Shown here piece by piece: positions 37,109 through 47,988 of a stretch of 64,000 nt of DNA (position 1 is its first letter; every line of letters begins with the position of its first letter). The DNA is taken from positions 320,001 to 384,000 of the forward strand of contig CAWFDF010000014.1 of assembly GCA_963814585.1 (NCBI GenBank), written 5' to 3'. The position numbers and the translations under genes are program-made. Below the pieces are notes generated by a model that was not told the origin of the DNA, made no database searches, and saw nothing but the letters and a program-made list of their open reading frames with translations. The DNA comes from an uncultured delta proteobacterium. Its GTDB lineage: Bacteria; Myxococcota; Myxococcia; Myxococcales; Anaeromyxobacteraceae.

Positions 37109-37759
37109 CTCCACCTCGAAGTCGAGCATGGCGCCCGGCGGGATCTCGGCGCCAGCGCCACGATCGCCGTAGGCCAGCGCCGGCGGGCAGACCAGGCGGG
37201 CCTTGCCGCCGACCTTGAGCTTCTGGATCCCCTCGGTCCAGCAGGGGATGACGCCGTTGAGCGGGAAGGTGGCCGGGCCGCCGTGGCGCGACGAGGCGTC
37301 GAAGACCTTGCCGTCGACCAGCTTGCCCTCGTAGTTCACCTTCACCTTCGAGGTGGCGGCCGGCGCCTCCCCCGTCCCCTCCTTGATCGGGATGTAGACC
37401 AGCCCCGAGGCGGTCTTGACCGCGCCCGCCGTCGCCGCGGCCTTCTCCAGGTAACCCTCGCCCTTCTTGGCCAGGGCGGCGCCCTGGGCGGCCCGGCGCG
37501 CGGTGACCAGCTTCTGGATGGAGGCCTGCTGGTCCTCCAGCTTCACCACGGGCTTGCCGGCGGCGGCGTCGCGGATGCCGGCCAGCACCAGCTCCAGCTC
37601 GGCGGGCGCCAGGTTGAACGGCTGGAGGCTCTTCTGGACCGAGACGCCGATGGCGTAGACGGTCTTCTCGTCGTCGGTCCTGGGCGTGGCCCTGGCCGGC
37701 GCCTCGGCGAGGCCGGTGGTGGCGATGACGGTTGCGAAGACGGCGGCGGTGTATCTCAT
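37088..37759 (-). CDS. FKBP-type peptidyl-prolyl isomerase (FkpA/Mip-like)
   Basis: Signal peptide, YAIG, KTASGLVY, VNYEGKL.DGKVFD, VIPCWTEG, AYG, IPPG..L.FEVELL; alternative start 37810. Confidence 0.93.
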   Translation of the reverse strand: MRYTAAVFATVIATTGLAEAPARATPRTDDEKTVYAIGVSVQKSLQPFNLAPAELELVLAGIRDAAAGKPVVKLEDQQASIQKLVTARRAAQGAALAKKGEGYLEKAAATAGAVKTASGLVYIPIKEGTGEAPAATSKVKVNYEGKLVDGKVFDASSRHGGPATFPLNGVIPCWTEGIQKLKVGGKARLVCPPALAYGDRGAGAEIPPGAMLDFEVELLEVLK

Positions 37760-38054
37760 GATGGAGGCATCCTTCTGTCGTGGCCAGGGGCGTGTGGTTG
37801 GGGAACGCATGGCCTCCTATCACTAGTCCCGGGGCATCGACCAGTCCCGCTTCCATCGACCGGCCTCCGTCAACCTCGGCAGGTGGTGGCGCGCCGGAGG
37901 CGCTCGCCCCACCCTCCCCCACAGCACGCGACACCGCCTGACGTGTGACCGTGTACCCGCCTGCAACGACTGAGGTTTTCTGGAGTTCGTGGTCGCCCTC
38001 GGGTATGGAACTGGACACCGACTTCCCGAGCCGCCCAGCGGCCCCGAGGCCCTC

Positions 38055-41000
38055 ATGTCCCTCTCCTCTTGCTGCACTGTGCGTGGAATGGCCCGGGCTG
38101 CCACCATGCTGGCCGCCCTGCTCTCGTCCCCGCCCGCGGGCGCGGCGGTCACGCTCCGTCACCAGCTCGACCTGCGCGGCGACTTCAGGCTCTTCGGCAA
38201 CACCCTGGCGCAGGATTGGGCCAGCGGCGTGGTGCCTCCGGCGGTCGGCTCGCTCTGCACCACCGGGGGAGGCGGCACCTGCGGCGGCAACACCACCGAC
38301 TCGGGCGCCGACGTCTTCTGGCGCGCCGACCCGGCCGCCGGCACGGCCGCCTGCAGCTCGACCATCACCGCGGCGGCGGCCCGCTCGGTCTCGATGCTCC
38401 AGCTTCCGGCCGGCGCGGTCGTGAAGTACGCGCGGCTCTACTGGTCCGGCTACGTCTCCAGCAACGCCTTCGATCCGACGGCCACCCTCACCACGCCGGA
38501 CGGCTCGGCACACCCGGTGGCCGCCGACGTCGGCTGGACCCTCGCCACGGCCGTCGACAACGGCCGCTGGTGGTACCAGTCCAGCGCCGAGGTCACGGCG
38601 CTGCTGCAGGCGCTCCCCGCCGCGCCCGGGGCTTACCTGGTCTCCGACGTCGACTCGATCCCGCTCGCTGGCGTCAACTCCGAGGTCGCCTTCACCGGCT
38701 GGTGGGCGGTGGTCTTCTACGAGGATCCGGCCGAGATCACGCTCCGCAACCTGACGCTCTTCGACGGCTTCGAGGGGGTCTCCAGCGGCGCGGCCGCCAC
38801 GGCGACGCTGGCCGGCTTCCGGGTCCCGGGCGGCGGCTTCGACGCCAAGCTGGGCGTGGTGGCCTGGGAGGGCGACTCGAACGTGACGGGAGACCAGCTC
38901 AAGTTCAAGGGCTACACCGCTCCGGACGCACCACCCGCCACGCTGGTCAACCTCACCGACGCGCTCAACCCGGCCACCAACTTCTTCAACCGATCGCGCA
39001 GCCAGCTGGGCGTGGCCGTGAGCGTGGCGGGCGACCTGCCGCAGACCACCGGCGCGGCCGCCTCCCTGTCGGGGATGGATCTCGACGTGGTGGACCTGAA
39101 GGCCAACGGCGCCATCGTGGCCGGCAACGACTCGGCCACCATCTCCGCCACCTCCAGCGGCGACGTCTACGTGCTGGGCGGCTTCGTCACCTCCGTCTCC
39201 ACGCTCAGGCCCGACTTCGCCGCGACGGTGAAGTCGGTCGCCAACGTCGACCGGACCGGCGCCACGCTGGCCGGGGACCGGCTCGAGTACACCGTCACCG
39301 CGCGCAACGCCGGCAACGACCCCTCGATCCAGACCGTGCTGGTGGACGCGCTGCCGCCGGGCGTGACGCTGGTGCCCGGGTCGATCCGGATCGCCAGCGG
39401 CGCCAACCCCGGAGGGAAGTCCGAGGCGGCCGGCGACGACCAGGCCGACTACGACGACGCCGCTCGCACCCTGACGGTGCGGCTCGGCGCCGGCGCCACC
39501 GCCTTCGTGGGCGGCAGCCTGGCCATCGGCGAGTCGACCGTGGTGGTCTTCCGCGTCACCGTCGACGCCGGCGCCGCCGGGACCATCGACAACCTGGCCT
39601 CGGTGACGGCGGCGGGCCAGAGCGGCGAGCCCAGCGCCGGCTTCCCGACGCAGCCGCCGTCCGGTGGCGGTGGCGCCACCAGCCAGGTGATCGACGCGTG
39701 CATCACCGACGCCTCGTGCGGCGGGGCCACGCCGGCCTGCGACGTGGCGCCGGCGCCCAACCTCTGCGTGGCCTGCACCGCCGACGCCCACTGCGGCGGC
39801 ACGACGCCGGTCTGCGATCTCGCCGGCCGCGCCTGCGTGGGTCGTACCGCGGTGCTGCCAGCGTCCCAGGAGAGGCCCGCCGCACCCGGCCTGGCCGTCC
39901 CCTTCGAGCTGGAGGTGCGGAGCGCCCTCACGGCGTCCGAGCGGTACGACCTCGACGTCCTCGACGGCGGCTGCGCCGCGGCCGTCGAGCTGCGCGACGG
40001 CGCCGGGCAGGTGCTGGCGGCTCGCGACGCCTCGGGGAGCTGGACCATGGCGGCCGGGAACGACACCGACGGCGACGGCCGGCCCGAGCTGGCGGCCCCC
40101 TCCCAGGGGACCGTCCCCTTCACGCTCCGGCTCTCGCAGGCGGCCGGCGCCGCCATGGGAGACCGCTGCCAGGCGCAGGTGGTGGCCACCGGGTTCACCA
40201 CCGGTGCGGCCGATCCGGCCCAGGTCGCCGTGCGCGCCGCCGCCGCCGTCACCTTCACGCCCGATCGGACCGGCCCGGACGCGCTGGCCGTGATCACCGG
40301 CGGCACGGTCGCCTTCGCCGGCGTGATCCGGAACAGCGGCGCCGCCGAGTCCGCCTTCTCGCTCGCCGCCACCGTCACCGCCACCCCCTCGGCCGGCACG
40401 CTGGCCGCCGCCCAGTTCTGGTCGGACCCGGACGGTGACGGCAGCCCGGCGGACGGCGCGCCCATCACCGTGACCGGGCCGGTGGCGCCGTTCGGCGGCG
40501 CCGTCCCCGTGGTGCTGGTGGTCCGGGCCAGCGCGGCCAGCGGCGCGCCGCTGGACAACGGCACGATGCTGGCCACGTCGGCCACCGCCACGGCCTCGGT
40601 CGGCGGCGCCGGCGCGACGCAGCTGGGCCAGGCCTGGGTGGGCTGGATCGCGCCGTCGTCGGAGGCGGCCTTCGCGACCACCAGCCAGGTCTTCGCCCCC
40701 TGCCAGACCGTCCACGTCCGGGCCCAGCGGCTGCCACTCGCCGACGGCTACGCGCTGGAGTGGTACGCGGGCGGCGCGCCGGTCCGAGGCACCGACCAGC
40801 CGCTCCGCGCCGTCGACCCCTGGCCGGTCACCGGAGGGAGCGCCACCGACGCCTACCCCCTTCCGGCCGGGGCGCCGGACGCCATCACCGTCCTCCTGGT
40901 GCAGCGGATCGGCGCCACCACCGCCGTGCTCGATGCCCTCCAGCTCGGCGTGGAGCGGGGCGGCGCCATCGCCGGGCTCGCCGCGCCGGCCCGCATCCCG

Positions 41001-43664
41001 ATGGGCCAGGCGCTCTCCGCCACCGCCACCTTCAGGTCCGACGCGCTGCGGGTCACGCACCGTGACACCCGGCTCGCCTGGACGGTGAGCGGCGGCGGCC
41101 TGGCCATGGACGGCGCCGGGGACTTCCTGCCGCCACCGGCGACGGCGCGGCTGCTGGCCGGACCCGACGCCACCCCGGGCTCGACCCTCGCCGACACGCT
41201 CTCCGCCATTCCGGCCTGGCCGGCCCCCGGGCGGTACCACGTCAACGCGGCGTGGCAGCTCTCCTGCGGCGCGGCCCCGGCGCTGGCCGAGGGCGGCGCC
41301 GACGTCGACGTCGCTCCCACCGCCCCGGTCGTCACCTCCCCGGCGGCCGGGGCGCTGGTCGCCTCGCCCACGCCCGACGTCACCGGCACGGCGCTGCCAG
41401 GGGCCAGCGTGGCGGTCTCCATCGACGGGGCGGCGCTGGCGCCGGTCGTCGCCGACGGCGCCGGCCAGTTCACGGTCAGCGTGCCCGCCTCGTCCCCGCT
41501 CGCCGAGGGGGCCCACCTGCTGGTGGCCGTCCAGACCGCCGGCGGCGTGGCCAGCGACGCCAGCCCGCCGCGGGCCTTCTCCGTCAGCCTGGCGCGGCCC
41601 TCGCTCCAGCTGGCGTCGCCCGAGCCCGGCGCGCTCCTCGACGGCGCCGACGCACCGCTCGGGCAGGTGTCCTTCGCCGGCACCGCAGAGGCCGGCGCCG
41701 AGGTGGTGCTGCTGGTCGACGGCGCGGCCGCGCCGGTGCTCCGGTCCGGCACCGCCTTCAGCGCGGCGGTGACGCTGGCCGACGGACCGCACCTCGCCGT
41801 GGTGACCGCCACCGCCGCCACCGGCCTCCAGACCGTGCTCACGGTCCCGTTCGACCTCGACGTGGCGCCGCCGGCGCCGCCGCAGGTCTCGGCGCCGGCC
41901 GCCAGCCAGCTGCTGGGCGGGGCGCTGGCGCCGGCCGGGCTGGTCGCCTTCACCGGCACGGCCGAGCCGGGGGCCACCGTCACCGTCACCGCCGGCGCCG
42001 CCTCGGCCTCGGCGCTGGCCGGCGCCGACGGCGGCTTCACCGCCTCGCTGCTGCTCGCCGACGGCGATCACCAGGCCTCCCTCACCGCCTCCGACGCGGC
42101 CGGCAACGCCGCGGCGCCCGCCACGATCGCCTTCCGGCTCGATACCCTGCCGCCCGCCACACCGGCGATCGTCACGCCATCGCCCGGAGCCCGGCTGCCG
42201 CCCGCGCCGACCCGGATCGCCGGGACGGCCGAGCCGGGCGCCAGCGTCCGGGTCGCCGCGGGCGCTCTGGCCACCACCGTCACCGCCGACGCCGGCGGCG
42301 CCTTCGAGACCACCTTTCCCCTCCCCGCCGGCTCCTGGTCTGCCGCCGCCGTCGCCACCGACGCGGCCGGTAACGGCTCGCCGGAGGGGCGGGTCGCCTT
42401 CGACGTCGCGCCGCTGGCGCCAGTCGTCGCCTCGCCAGCCGCCGGCGCCCTGCTCGCCTCCGCCACGCCGGCCATCGCCGGCTCGGCCCTTCCTGGGGCC
42501 AGCGTGACGGTCTCCATCGACGGGGCGGCGCTTGCGCCGGTCGTCGCCGACGGCGCCGGCCAGTTCACGGTCAGCGTGCCCGCCTCGTCCCCGCTCGCCG
42601 AGGGGGCCCACCTGCTGGTGGCGGTCCAGACCGCCGGTGGGGTGGCCAGCGACGCGAGCCCGGCGCGTGCCTTCACCACCGACTCCGTGCCGCCCGCGCT
42701 GCAGCTGGCGTCCCCCACGCCGGGCGCGCTCCTCGGCGGCGCCGACGCGCCGCTCGGGCAGGTGGGCTTCACCGGCGCCGCCGAGTCCGGCGCCACGGTG
42801 GCGCTGGTGGTCGACGGCGTCTCCGTGGCGGTCGCGCGGACCGGCAGCGCCTTCAGCGCGGTGGCGACGCTGGCCGACGGCCCGCACGTCGTCGCGGTGA
42901 CCGCCACCGACGCCGCCGGCAATCCGGCCGTGCTCACGGTCCCGTTCGAGCTCGACGTGGCGCCGCCGGCGCCGCCGCAGGTCTCGGCGCCGGCCGCCGG
43001 CCAGCTGCTGGGCGGGGCGCTGGCCCCGGCCGGGCTGGTCGCCTTCACCGGCACGGCCGAGCCGGGCGCCACCGTCACCGTCACCGCCGGCGCCGCCTCG
43101 GCCTCGGCGCTGGCCGGCGCCGACGGCGGCTTCACCGCCTCGCTGCTGCTCGCCGACGGCGATCACCAGGCCTCCCTCACCGCCTCCGACGCGGCCGGCA
43201 ACGCCGCGGCGCCCGCCGCCGTCGCCTTCCGGCTCGACACCTTGCCGCCCGCGGCGCCGGTGATCCACTCGCCGGCCGGAGGGGCGGTCGTGCCGGTGGG
43301 CTCGCTCGCCGTGACCGGCACGGCCGAGCCCGGCGCCGCCGTCCACGTCTTCATCGGCGCGGCCTCCAGCGTCGGGGTGGCAGGCGTCGATGGGACCTTC
43401 TCGGCGCCATTCCAGGTTCCGTCGGCAGGCGCCATGGTGGCGGTGGCCACCGCCACCGACGCCGCCGGCAATGGTTCGGCGCCGGCGCAGGTCGGCTTCG
43501 TGGTGGCCGCCGACGCCGCTCCTGCCGCGCCACCGAAGGCAAGAGGTGGTGGCTGCGGCTGCAGCCAGGGTGCTGGGGCCGCCAGCGGCTCGTCGCTCCT
43601 CCTGCTCGCCCTGGCGGCCTGCTGGCCGAGGCGCCGGGAGACCCGGTCCGGCCGCCGCGGGTGA
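38055..43664 (+). CDS. Giant surface protein: DUF11-like domain, Cys-rich segment, bacterial Ig-like repeats, MYXO-CTERM-like anchor
   Basis: GDRLEYTVTARNAG..DALPPGVTLVPGS; repeated TGTAEPGATV and ATDAAGN; C-terminal GGGCGCS...LLLLALAACWPRRR. Start uncertain (38055, 38088 or 38106). Confidence 0.85.
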   Translation: MSLSSCCTVRGMARAATMLAALLSSPPAGAAVTLRHQLDLRGDFRLFGNTLAQDWASGVVPPAVGSLCTTGGGGTCGGNTTDSGADVFWRADPAAGTAACSSTITAAAARSVSMLQLPAGAVVKYARLYWSGYVSSNAFDPTATLTTPDGSAHPVAADVGWTLATAVDNGRWWYQSSAEVTALLQALPAAPGAYLVSDVDSIPLAGVNSEVAFTGWWAVVFYEDPAEITLRNLTLFDGFEGVSSGAAATATLAGFRVPGGGFDAKLGVVAWEGDSNVTGDQLKFKGYTAPDAPPATLVNLTDALNPATNFFNRSRSQLGVAVSVAGDLPQTTGAAASLSGMDLDVVDLKANGAIVAGNDSATISATSSGDVYVLGGFVTSVSTLRPDFAATVKSVANVDRTGATLAGDRLEYTVTARNAGNDPSIQTVLVDALPPGVTLVPGSIRIASGANPGGKSEAAGDDQADYDDAARTLTVRLGAGATAFVGGSLAIGESTVVVFRVTVDAGAAGTIDNLASVTAAGQSGEPSAGFPTQPPSGGGGATSQVIDACITDASCGGATPACDVAPAPNLCVACTADAHCGGTTPVCDLAGRACVGRTAVLPASQERPAAPGLAVPFELEVRSALTASERYDLDVLDGGCAAAVELRDGAGQVLAARDASGSWTMAAGNDTDGDGRPELAAPSQGTVPFTLRLSQAAGAAMGDRCQAQVVATGFTTGAADPAQVAVRAAAAVTFTPDRTGPDALAVITGGTVAFAGVIRNSGAAESAFSLAATVTATPSAGTLAAAQFWSDPDGDGSPADGAPITVTGPVAPFGGAVPVVLVVRASAASGAPLDNGTMLATSATATASVGGAGATQLGQAWVGWIAPSSEAAFATTSQVFAPCQTVHVRAQRLPLADGYALEWYAGGAPVRGTDQPLRAVDPWPVTGGSATDAYPLPAGAPDAITVLLVQRIGATTAVLDALQLGVERGGAIAGLAAPARIPMGQALSATATFRSDALRVTHRDTRLAWTVSGGGLAMDGAGDFLPPPATARLLAGPDATPGSTLADTLSAIPAWPAPGRYHVNAAWQLSCGAAPALAEGGADVDVAPTAPVVTSPAAGALVASPTPDVTGTALPGASVAVSIDGAALAPVVADGAGQFTVSVPASSPLAEGAHLLVAVQTAGGVASDASPPRAFSVSLARPSLQLASPEPGALLDGADAPLGQVSFAGTAEAGAEVVLLVDGAAAPVLRSGTAFSAAVTLADGPHLAVVTATAATGLQTVLTVPFDLDVAPPAPPQVSAPAASQLLGGALAPAGLVAFTGTAEPGATVTVTAGAASASALAGADGGFTASLLLADGDHQASLTASDAAGNAAAPATIAFRLDTLPPATPAIVTPSPGARLPPAPTRIAGTAEPGASVRVAAGALATTVTADAGGAFETTFPLPAGSWSAAAVATDAAGNGSPEGRVAFDVAPLAPVVASPAAGALLASATPAIAGSALPGASVTVSIDGAALAPVVADGAGQFTVSVPASSPLAEGAHLLVAVQTAGGVASDASPARAFTTDSVPPALQLASPTPGALLGGADAPLGQVGFTGAAESGATVALVVDGVSVAVARTGSAFSAVATLADGPHVVAVTATDAAGNPAVLTVPFELDVAPPAPPQVSAPAAGQLLGGALAPAGLVAFTGTAEPGATVTVTAGAASASALAGADGGFTASLLLADGDHQASLTASDAAGNAAAPAAVAFRLDTLPPAAPVIHSPAGGAVVPVGSLAVTGTAEPGAAVHVFIGAASSVGVAGVDGTFSAPFQVPSAGAMVAVATATDAAGNGSAPAQVGFVVAADAAPAAPPKARGGGCGCSQGAGAASGSSLLLLALAACWPRRRETRSGRRG
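41307..43496 (+). repeat. Intragenic tandem duplication with a 1095-bp period (about four Ig-like modules per unit)
   Basis: DVAPxAPVV at 41307 and 42402; near-identical nucleotide blocks offset by 1095 (e.g. 41835 vs 42930). Confidence 0.85.
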
Positions 43665-43696
43665 TGGCCGCCTCCCGGGCGGCGGCCCGGGCTGCC

Positions 43697-44404
43697 CTAG
43701 CGCCTGACGATGGAGCCCGAGCCGCTCACCGAGGCCTGCTCGACCATGGCCTTGCCGTGCCAGACCACGTCGCCGGAGCCGGCGATGCTCACGCTCAGTG
43801 ATCCACCGTCCAGCGTCAGCTCGACGTCTCCCGAGCCGGCCAGCGAGATCACCGCCCCCTTGGCCGTCAGGCCGCCGGCCTTCACGTCGCCCGAGCCGGC
43901 CACCGACAGGCTGGCGTGCTCGGCGGTGCCCTCCAGCTTCATGTCGCCCGAGCCGGAGATCGAGGCGTCGAGCCTGGCCACGCTCCCGCTCCAGCGCAGG
44001 TCGCCCGAGCCCGCGATCTTGAGCTGGAGGTCACCCTGGCCGCCCTCGATGGTGGCGTCGCTGGAGCCCTCGATGGTGAACCCGCGCAGGGCCGGCACGG
44101 TGATCTCGACGACCCCCTTCCCGTCCCAGGAGGCGTCCTTGGTCCGCACCAGCAGCGTGTCGTCGCTGACCTCGGTGAAGACCAGCGGCTGCAGGTTCTG
44201 GTCGATGGTGACGCTGACCGACTGGGCGCCGCCCACCTTGACCGCGGCGTCGAGCGAGCCCACCACCCGGACGGAGGTGAAAGGGGCGACCTGCCGCGGC
44301 TGGGTGACCTTGGTGCCGTCGCCCTTCGTCTCGCCCCCGCTCCAGGCGTGGGCGGCTGCGGGGACCATGGTGAGGAGGGCGGCGGCGAGGGCGAGGCGGC
44401 GCAT
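43697..44404 (-). CDS. Head GIN-domain (DUF2807) protein
   Basis: Signal peptide, IDQNLQPLV, repeated GSGD beta-solenoid motifs. Confidence 0.9.
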   Translation of the reverse strand: MRRLALAAALLTMVPAAAHAWSGGETKGDGTKVTQPRQVAPFTSVRVVGSLDAAVKVGGAQSVSVTIDQNLQPLVFTEVSDDTLLVRTKDASWDGKGVVEITVPALRGFTIEGSSDATIEGGQGDLQLKIAGSGDLRWSGSVARLDASISGSGDMKLEGTAEHASLSVAGSGDVKAGGLTAKGAVISLAGSGDVELTLDGGSLSVSIAGSGDVVWHGKAMVEQASVSGSGSIVRR

Positions 44405-44556
44405 GGAGGGCTCCTGGCGGGCAGATCGCGGTGACACCGGACCAGGGCCAACCCCGGTCCGGTGCCTCCCGCTGTCTCTCTCCCCAGAGTGACCTCGAGC
44501 CTACGCGTGACCGGGAGCGGTATTTCAGGGGCCGCGTCCCGTCCGGGGCCCAGCGA

Positions 44557-45444
44557 TCACGCCTGCCGCCCGTCCGGAGGCGCCGGCCGGCGGCCGAGCG
44601 CCGACAGCACCTGCTTCAGGTCCTCCCACGCCTTCGACTTCTCCTGGGGGCTGCGGAGCAGGTAGGCGGGGTGGAAGGTGGGCATCAGCTTCACGCCCTG
44701 GTACTCGCTCCAGGTCCCGCGCAGCCTGGTGATGGGCACGGTGGATCGGAGGAGCGTGTGCGCGGCGAACTTGCCGAGCGCGACGATCACCTTCGGCCTC
44801 ACCGCGGCGATCTGCGCCCTGAGGAACGGCTCGCAGGCCTCGATCTCGTCCGGCTCCGGGTTGCGGTTGCCTGGTGGCCGGCACTTCACGACGTTGGCGA
44901 TGTAGACCTGATCGCGCCGGTAGCCCATCGCCTCGATCATCCTGGTCAGCAGCTGCCCGGCCTTGCCGACGAAGGGCTCACCCTGCAGGTCCTCGTCGGC
45001 CCCCGGTCCCTCGCCGACGAACATCAGCTCGGCGTTCGGCGCGCCGACGCCGAAGACCAGGGTGGTGCGACCACCGGCGAGCTTGCAGCGGCGGCAGTCG
45101 CCGAGGCCGGTGCGGACGGCCAGGAGCTCGGGCGAACCGCAGCCCTTCTCGCCGGCGGCGCCCGCCGGGGCGGCGGGGCGACCAGGAGCGACCACCGCCT
45201 CGCCCGGAGGCTCCGCCCCACGCTCCAGCGCTCTCCCCATCGGACGCTCCGGGCGCTCCACCGGACTCGCCCCCTGGCGCTGCGCCGGCTCGGGGACGGC
45301 GGGTCGAGCCGCGGCGGCCGGCGCGGCCGCTGGCACGGTGATCGGGCCGGGCACCTCGCGCACCCCGGCGTCGCGCAGCCAGGCCAGGTGCCTGGCCACC
45401 TCGCCAGCCACCTGCCGGACCGCTTCCTCGCGCTCGTCGTTCAC
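44557..45444 (-). CDS. udg: Uracil-DNA glycosylase family 4
   Basis: [44 protein letters not shown]; start 45444 (GTG) or 45474. Confidence 0.92.
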   Translation of the reverse strand: MNDEREEAVRQVAGEVARHLAWLRDAGVREVPGPITVPAAAPAAAARPAVPEPAQRQGASPVERPERPMGRALERGAEPPGEAVVAPGRPAAPAGAAGEKGCGSPELLAVRTGLGDCRRCKLAGGRTTLVFGVGAPNAELMFVGEGPGADEDLQGEPFVGKAGQLLTRMIEAMGYRRDQVYIANVVKCRPPGNRNPEPDEIEACEPFLRAQIAAVRPKVIVALGKFAAHTLLRSTVPITRLRGTWSEYQGVKLMPTFHPAYLLRSPQEKSKAWEDLKQVLSALGRRPAPPDGRQA

Positions 45445-45521
45445 GCTCGAGATCCCTTCAGCCAGGGTGGCCATTGCGGCCGGCCCGCGCCGACCCTAGG
45501 ATCACCACGATGTCCGCACCC

Positions 45522-46463
45522 ATGATCCGTCGTCCCGTCTCGGCCGGCCTCGCCGCCGTGGCGCTCCTCATCCTCGCATGGCCCTCCGACGCGCTGGCGT
45601 GGGGCCCGCTGGCCCACCTCTCCTTCTCGGCCCAGGCGCTGGCCGCCACCGGTCCGCTGGCCGGGCCGCTCCGGAACCTGCTGGCCGACTTCGGCAACGA
45701 GTTCCTCTACGGCTCGCTGGCCGCCGACATCGTGGTCGGCAAGAACCTGGCCCGCTTCGTCCACCACGCCCACAACTGGAAGGTGGGCTTCGCCGTGCTC
45801 GACCAGGCGCGCCCCGGCGAGGAGAAGGCGTTCTCGTGGGGCTTCCTGGCGCACCTGGCCGCCGACACCGTGGCGCACAACTACTACGTGCCCTGGAAGA
45901 ACCTCTCCTCCTTCCACAAGGCCCGCACCGGCCACGCCTACTGGGAGCTCCGCTACGACCAGCGGCTCGACCCCTCGCACTCCGAGCTGGCGCGGCGAGT
46001 GGCCACCAGCACCACCATCTCGCACGACAAGTTCCTGCGCCGCACGCTCCGGCGGGCCTCGGTGCTGCCGTTCGGGGTGTCGCGCCACCTCTTCCGTTAC
46101 CTGGTCATGAGCGCCAAGGTGAAGCGGTTCCAGCACGTCTCCCGCCTGGCGCTGGCCCGGTCGCGACGGCTGCCGCTCGAGGACGACCTCATCGAGGAGG
46201 TGAACGAGCTGGCCGTCGAGGCCATCCTCGGCCTGCTCCTGGACGGGCGCCACTGCGAGGCGGCGCGGGCCGACGCCACCGGCGAGCGCAACCTGGCCAT
46301 GTCGGAGAAGGTGCGGCGCATGCTGGCCAGCCAGGTCCGCTCGGGGAGGCTCACGGGCATCGAGGCGCACCAGCTGGTCGGCGAGTCGCGCGACGCCTTC
46401 CGGCGGGCCATCCACGGCCCGCTGGTGCTGCCGGCGCGGGTGGCTCGGATCGCCGGGGCCTGA
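45522..46463 (+). CDS. Zinc-dependent phospholipase C family protein
   Basis: Signal peptide then WGPLAH, FLYGSLAAD, HLAADTVAHNYY, HAYWE. Confidence 0.85.
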   Translation: MIRRPVSAGLAAVALLILAWPSDALAWGPLAHLSFSAQALAATGPLAGPLRNLLADFGNEFLYGSLAADIVVGKNLARFVHHAHNWKVGFAVLDQARPGEEKAFSWGFLAHLAADTVAHNYYVPWKNLSSFHKARTGHAYWELRYDQRLDPSHSELARRVATSTTISHDKFLRRTLRRASVLPFGVSRHLFRYLVMSAKVKRFQHVSRLALARSRRLPLEDDLIEEVNELAVEAILGLLLDGRHCEAARADATGERNLAMSEKVRRMLASQVRSGRLTGIEAHQLVGESRDAFRRAIHGPLVLPARVARIAGA

Positions 46464-46533
46464 CGGCGCCTCGCGCCCGGCGCGACCTCCGCCGCGGCGC
46501 CCGCTGGCCGGCCGCGCCGGGCGGGCTCCCCGC

Positions 46534-47763
46534 TCAGCGCAGCGGCCTGGCGCGCGGACGGCGGGCGTCGAGCACCGGCAGGATCCAGTCGACGATGGCC
46601 TCGGCCACCCGCTCCTTGGGCCCCTCGATCTCGGCCAGCTCGGAGGCCGAGACCAGCGCCACCCGGTTGGTGTCGGCGCCGAAGCCGGCGCCGGGACCGC
46701 CCACCTTGTTGGCCACCACCAGGTCGCACCGCTTCCCCTTCAGCTTCTCCCGGGCGCGGGTGATGACCTCCTCGGTCTCGGCGGCGAAGCCGACCAGCAC
46801 CGGTGCGTCGGGCTTGCCGGCCAGGCGGGCGCCGAGGCCGGCCAGGATGTCGGGCGTGCGGGTGAGCTTGAGGGTCTCGTCGCCGGACCCCTTCTTCAGC
46901 TTGTGCGGTGCCGACGAGGCGGGCCGGTAGTCGGAGACGGCGGCCGCGCCGATGAAGAGGTCCATGCCACCGGCGACGTCGTCGACCGCGCGCGCCATCT
47001 CCTCGGCGGTCTCGATGCGGATGGTCCGGACGCCGGCAGGGTCCGGCAGGGCGGTCGGGCCGCTCACCAGCACCACCTCGGCGCCCCGCCTCGCCGCCAC
47101 CGCCGCCAGCGCGTAGCCCATCTTCCCGGAGGACGGGTTGGAGATGAAGCGGACCGGGTCGATGGGCTCGCGGGTCGGGCCGGCGGTGACCACCACCCGC
47201 CGGCCGGAGAGGTCGAGGTTGCCGAGCAGCCTCGAGGCGGCCGTGGCGATCTCGTCCGGCTCGGCCAGCCGGCCCTCGCCCACGTCGCCGTCGGCCAGGA
47301 CGCCGGCTCCGGGGCCGACCACGTTCCAGCCGCGCGCCACGAGGGCGGCGAGGTTCTCCTGCACCACCGGGTTCTTCCACATCCGCGTGTTCATGGCCGG
47401 CGCCAGGAGCACCGGGCAGGTCACGGCCAGGGCGGTGGTGGTGACGGCGTCGTCGCCCATCCCGGCGCGCAGCCTGGCGATGAGGTCGGCGGTGGCCGGC
47501 GCGACCAGGAAGAGGTCGGCCTCGCGGGCCAGCTGAAGGTGGCCGTAGCTGCGCTCGGTCTGCTCGTCGAGCAGCTCGACGACGACGGGCGCGCCGCTGA
47601 TGGCCTGGAAGGTGAGCGGCCCGACGAAGTGGGTGGCGGCCCGGGTCATGGCCACGCGGACCTGGCCGCGTCCCTTGACCACCAGCCGAGCCACCTCGCA
47701 GGCCTTGTAGGCGGCGATGCCGCCGCCCACGCCGAGCACCACCGTCCGGTTCGCGAAATCCAT
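46534..47763 (-). CDS. coaBC: Phosphopantothenoylcysteine decarboxylase/ligase
   Basis: GGIAAYK, APATAD, PAMNTRMW, TAGPTREPIDPVRFISNPSSGKMG, AAVSDY, GFAAET. Confidence 0.96.
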   Translation of the reverse strand: MDFANRTVVLGVGGGIAAYKACEVARLVVKGRGQVRVAMTRAATHFVGPLTFQAISGAPVVVELLDEQTERSYGHLQLAREADLFLVAPATADLIARLRAGMGDDAVTTTALAVTCPVLLAPAMNTRMWKNPVVQENLAALVARGWNVVGPGAGVLADGDVGEGRLAEPDEIATAASRLLGNLDLSGRRVVVTAGPTREPIDPVRFISNPSSGKMGYALAAVAARRGAEVVLVSGPTALPDPAGVRTIRIETAEEMARAVDDVAGGMDLFIGAAAVSDYRPASSAPHKLKKGSGDETLKLTRTPDILAGLGARLAGKPDAPVLVGFAAETEEVITRAREKLKGKRCDLVVANKVGGPGAGFGADTNRVALVSASELAEIEGPKERVAEAIVDWILPVLDARRPRARPLR

Positions 47764-47808
47764 GCCGCGCATCGTAGCCGACCCGGGGCGGGGCCGACAC
47801 GGGCGAGT

Positions 47809-47982
47809 GCCCCGGGCCGGGCCGTCGACGTGACGGGAGCGCCGCGGCCGCGGCTCGGCTGGCGCGCCCGGAAAGGAGCCGCGGAGGCCTGGCGGCGCTA
47901 CAGTGAGCCGCGGACCGACGAGGCCGCCCGCTGCCGTCGAGAGGATCCGCTCTCGCAGCGGGCGACCGGCCTGGGTCGGGGC
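47809..47982 (+). mobile_element. ~174-bp hairpin element (MITE/REPIN-like), copy 1
   Basis: Imperfect terminal inverted repeats GCCCCGGGCCGGGCCG / CGGCCTGGGTCGGGGC; colinear similarity to 48928-49100. Confidence 0.65.
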
Positions 47983-47988
47983 CCCGAG

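Noticed and set aside
36819..43346. Very long antisense or alternate-frame ORFs (e.g. 36819-43346, 32121-36839, 13082-16987, 20664-24953, 6798-9551)
   Set aside because: Shadow ORFs from extreme GC3 bias; Arg/Gly/Pro-rich with no motifs, and overlapping clearly identified genes.
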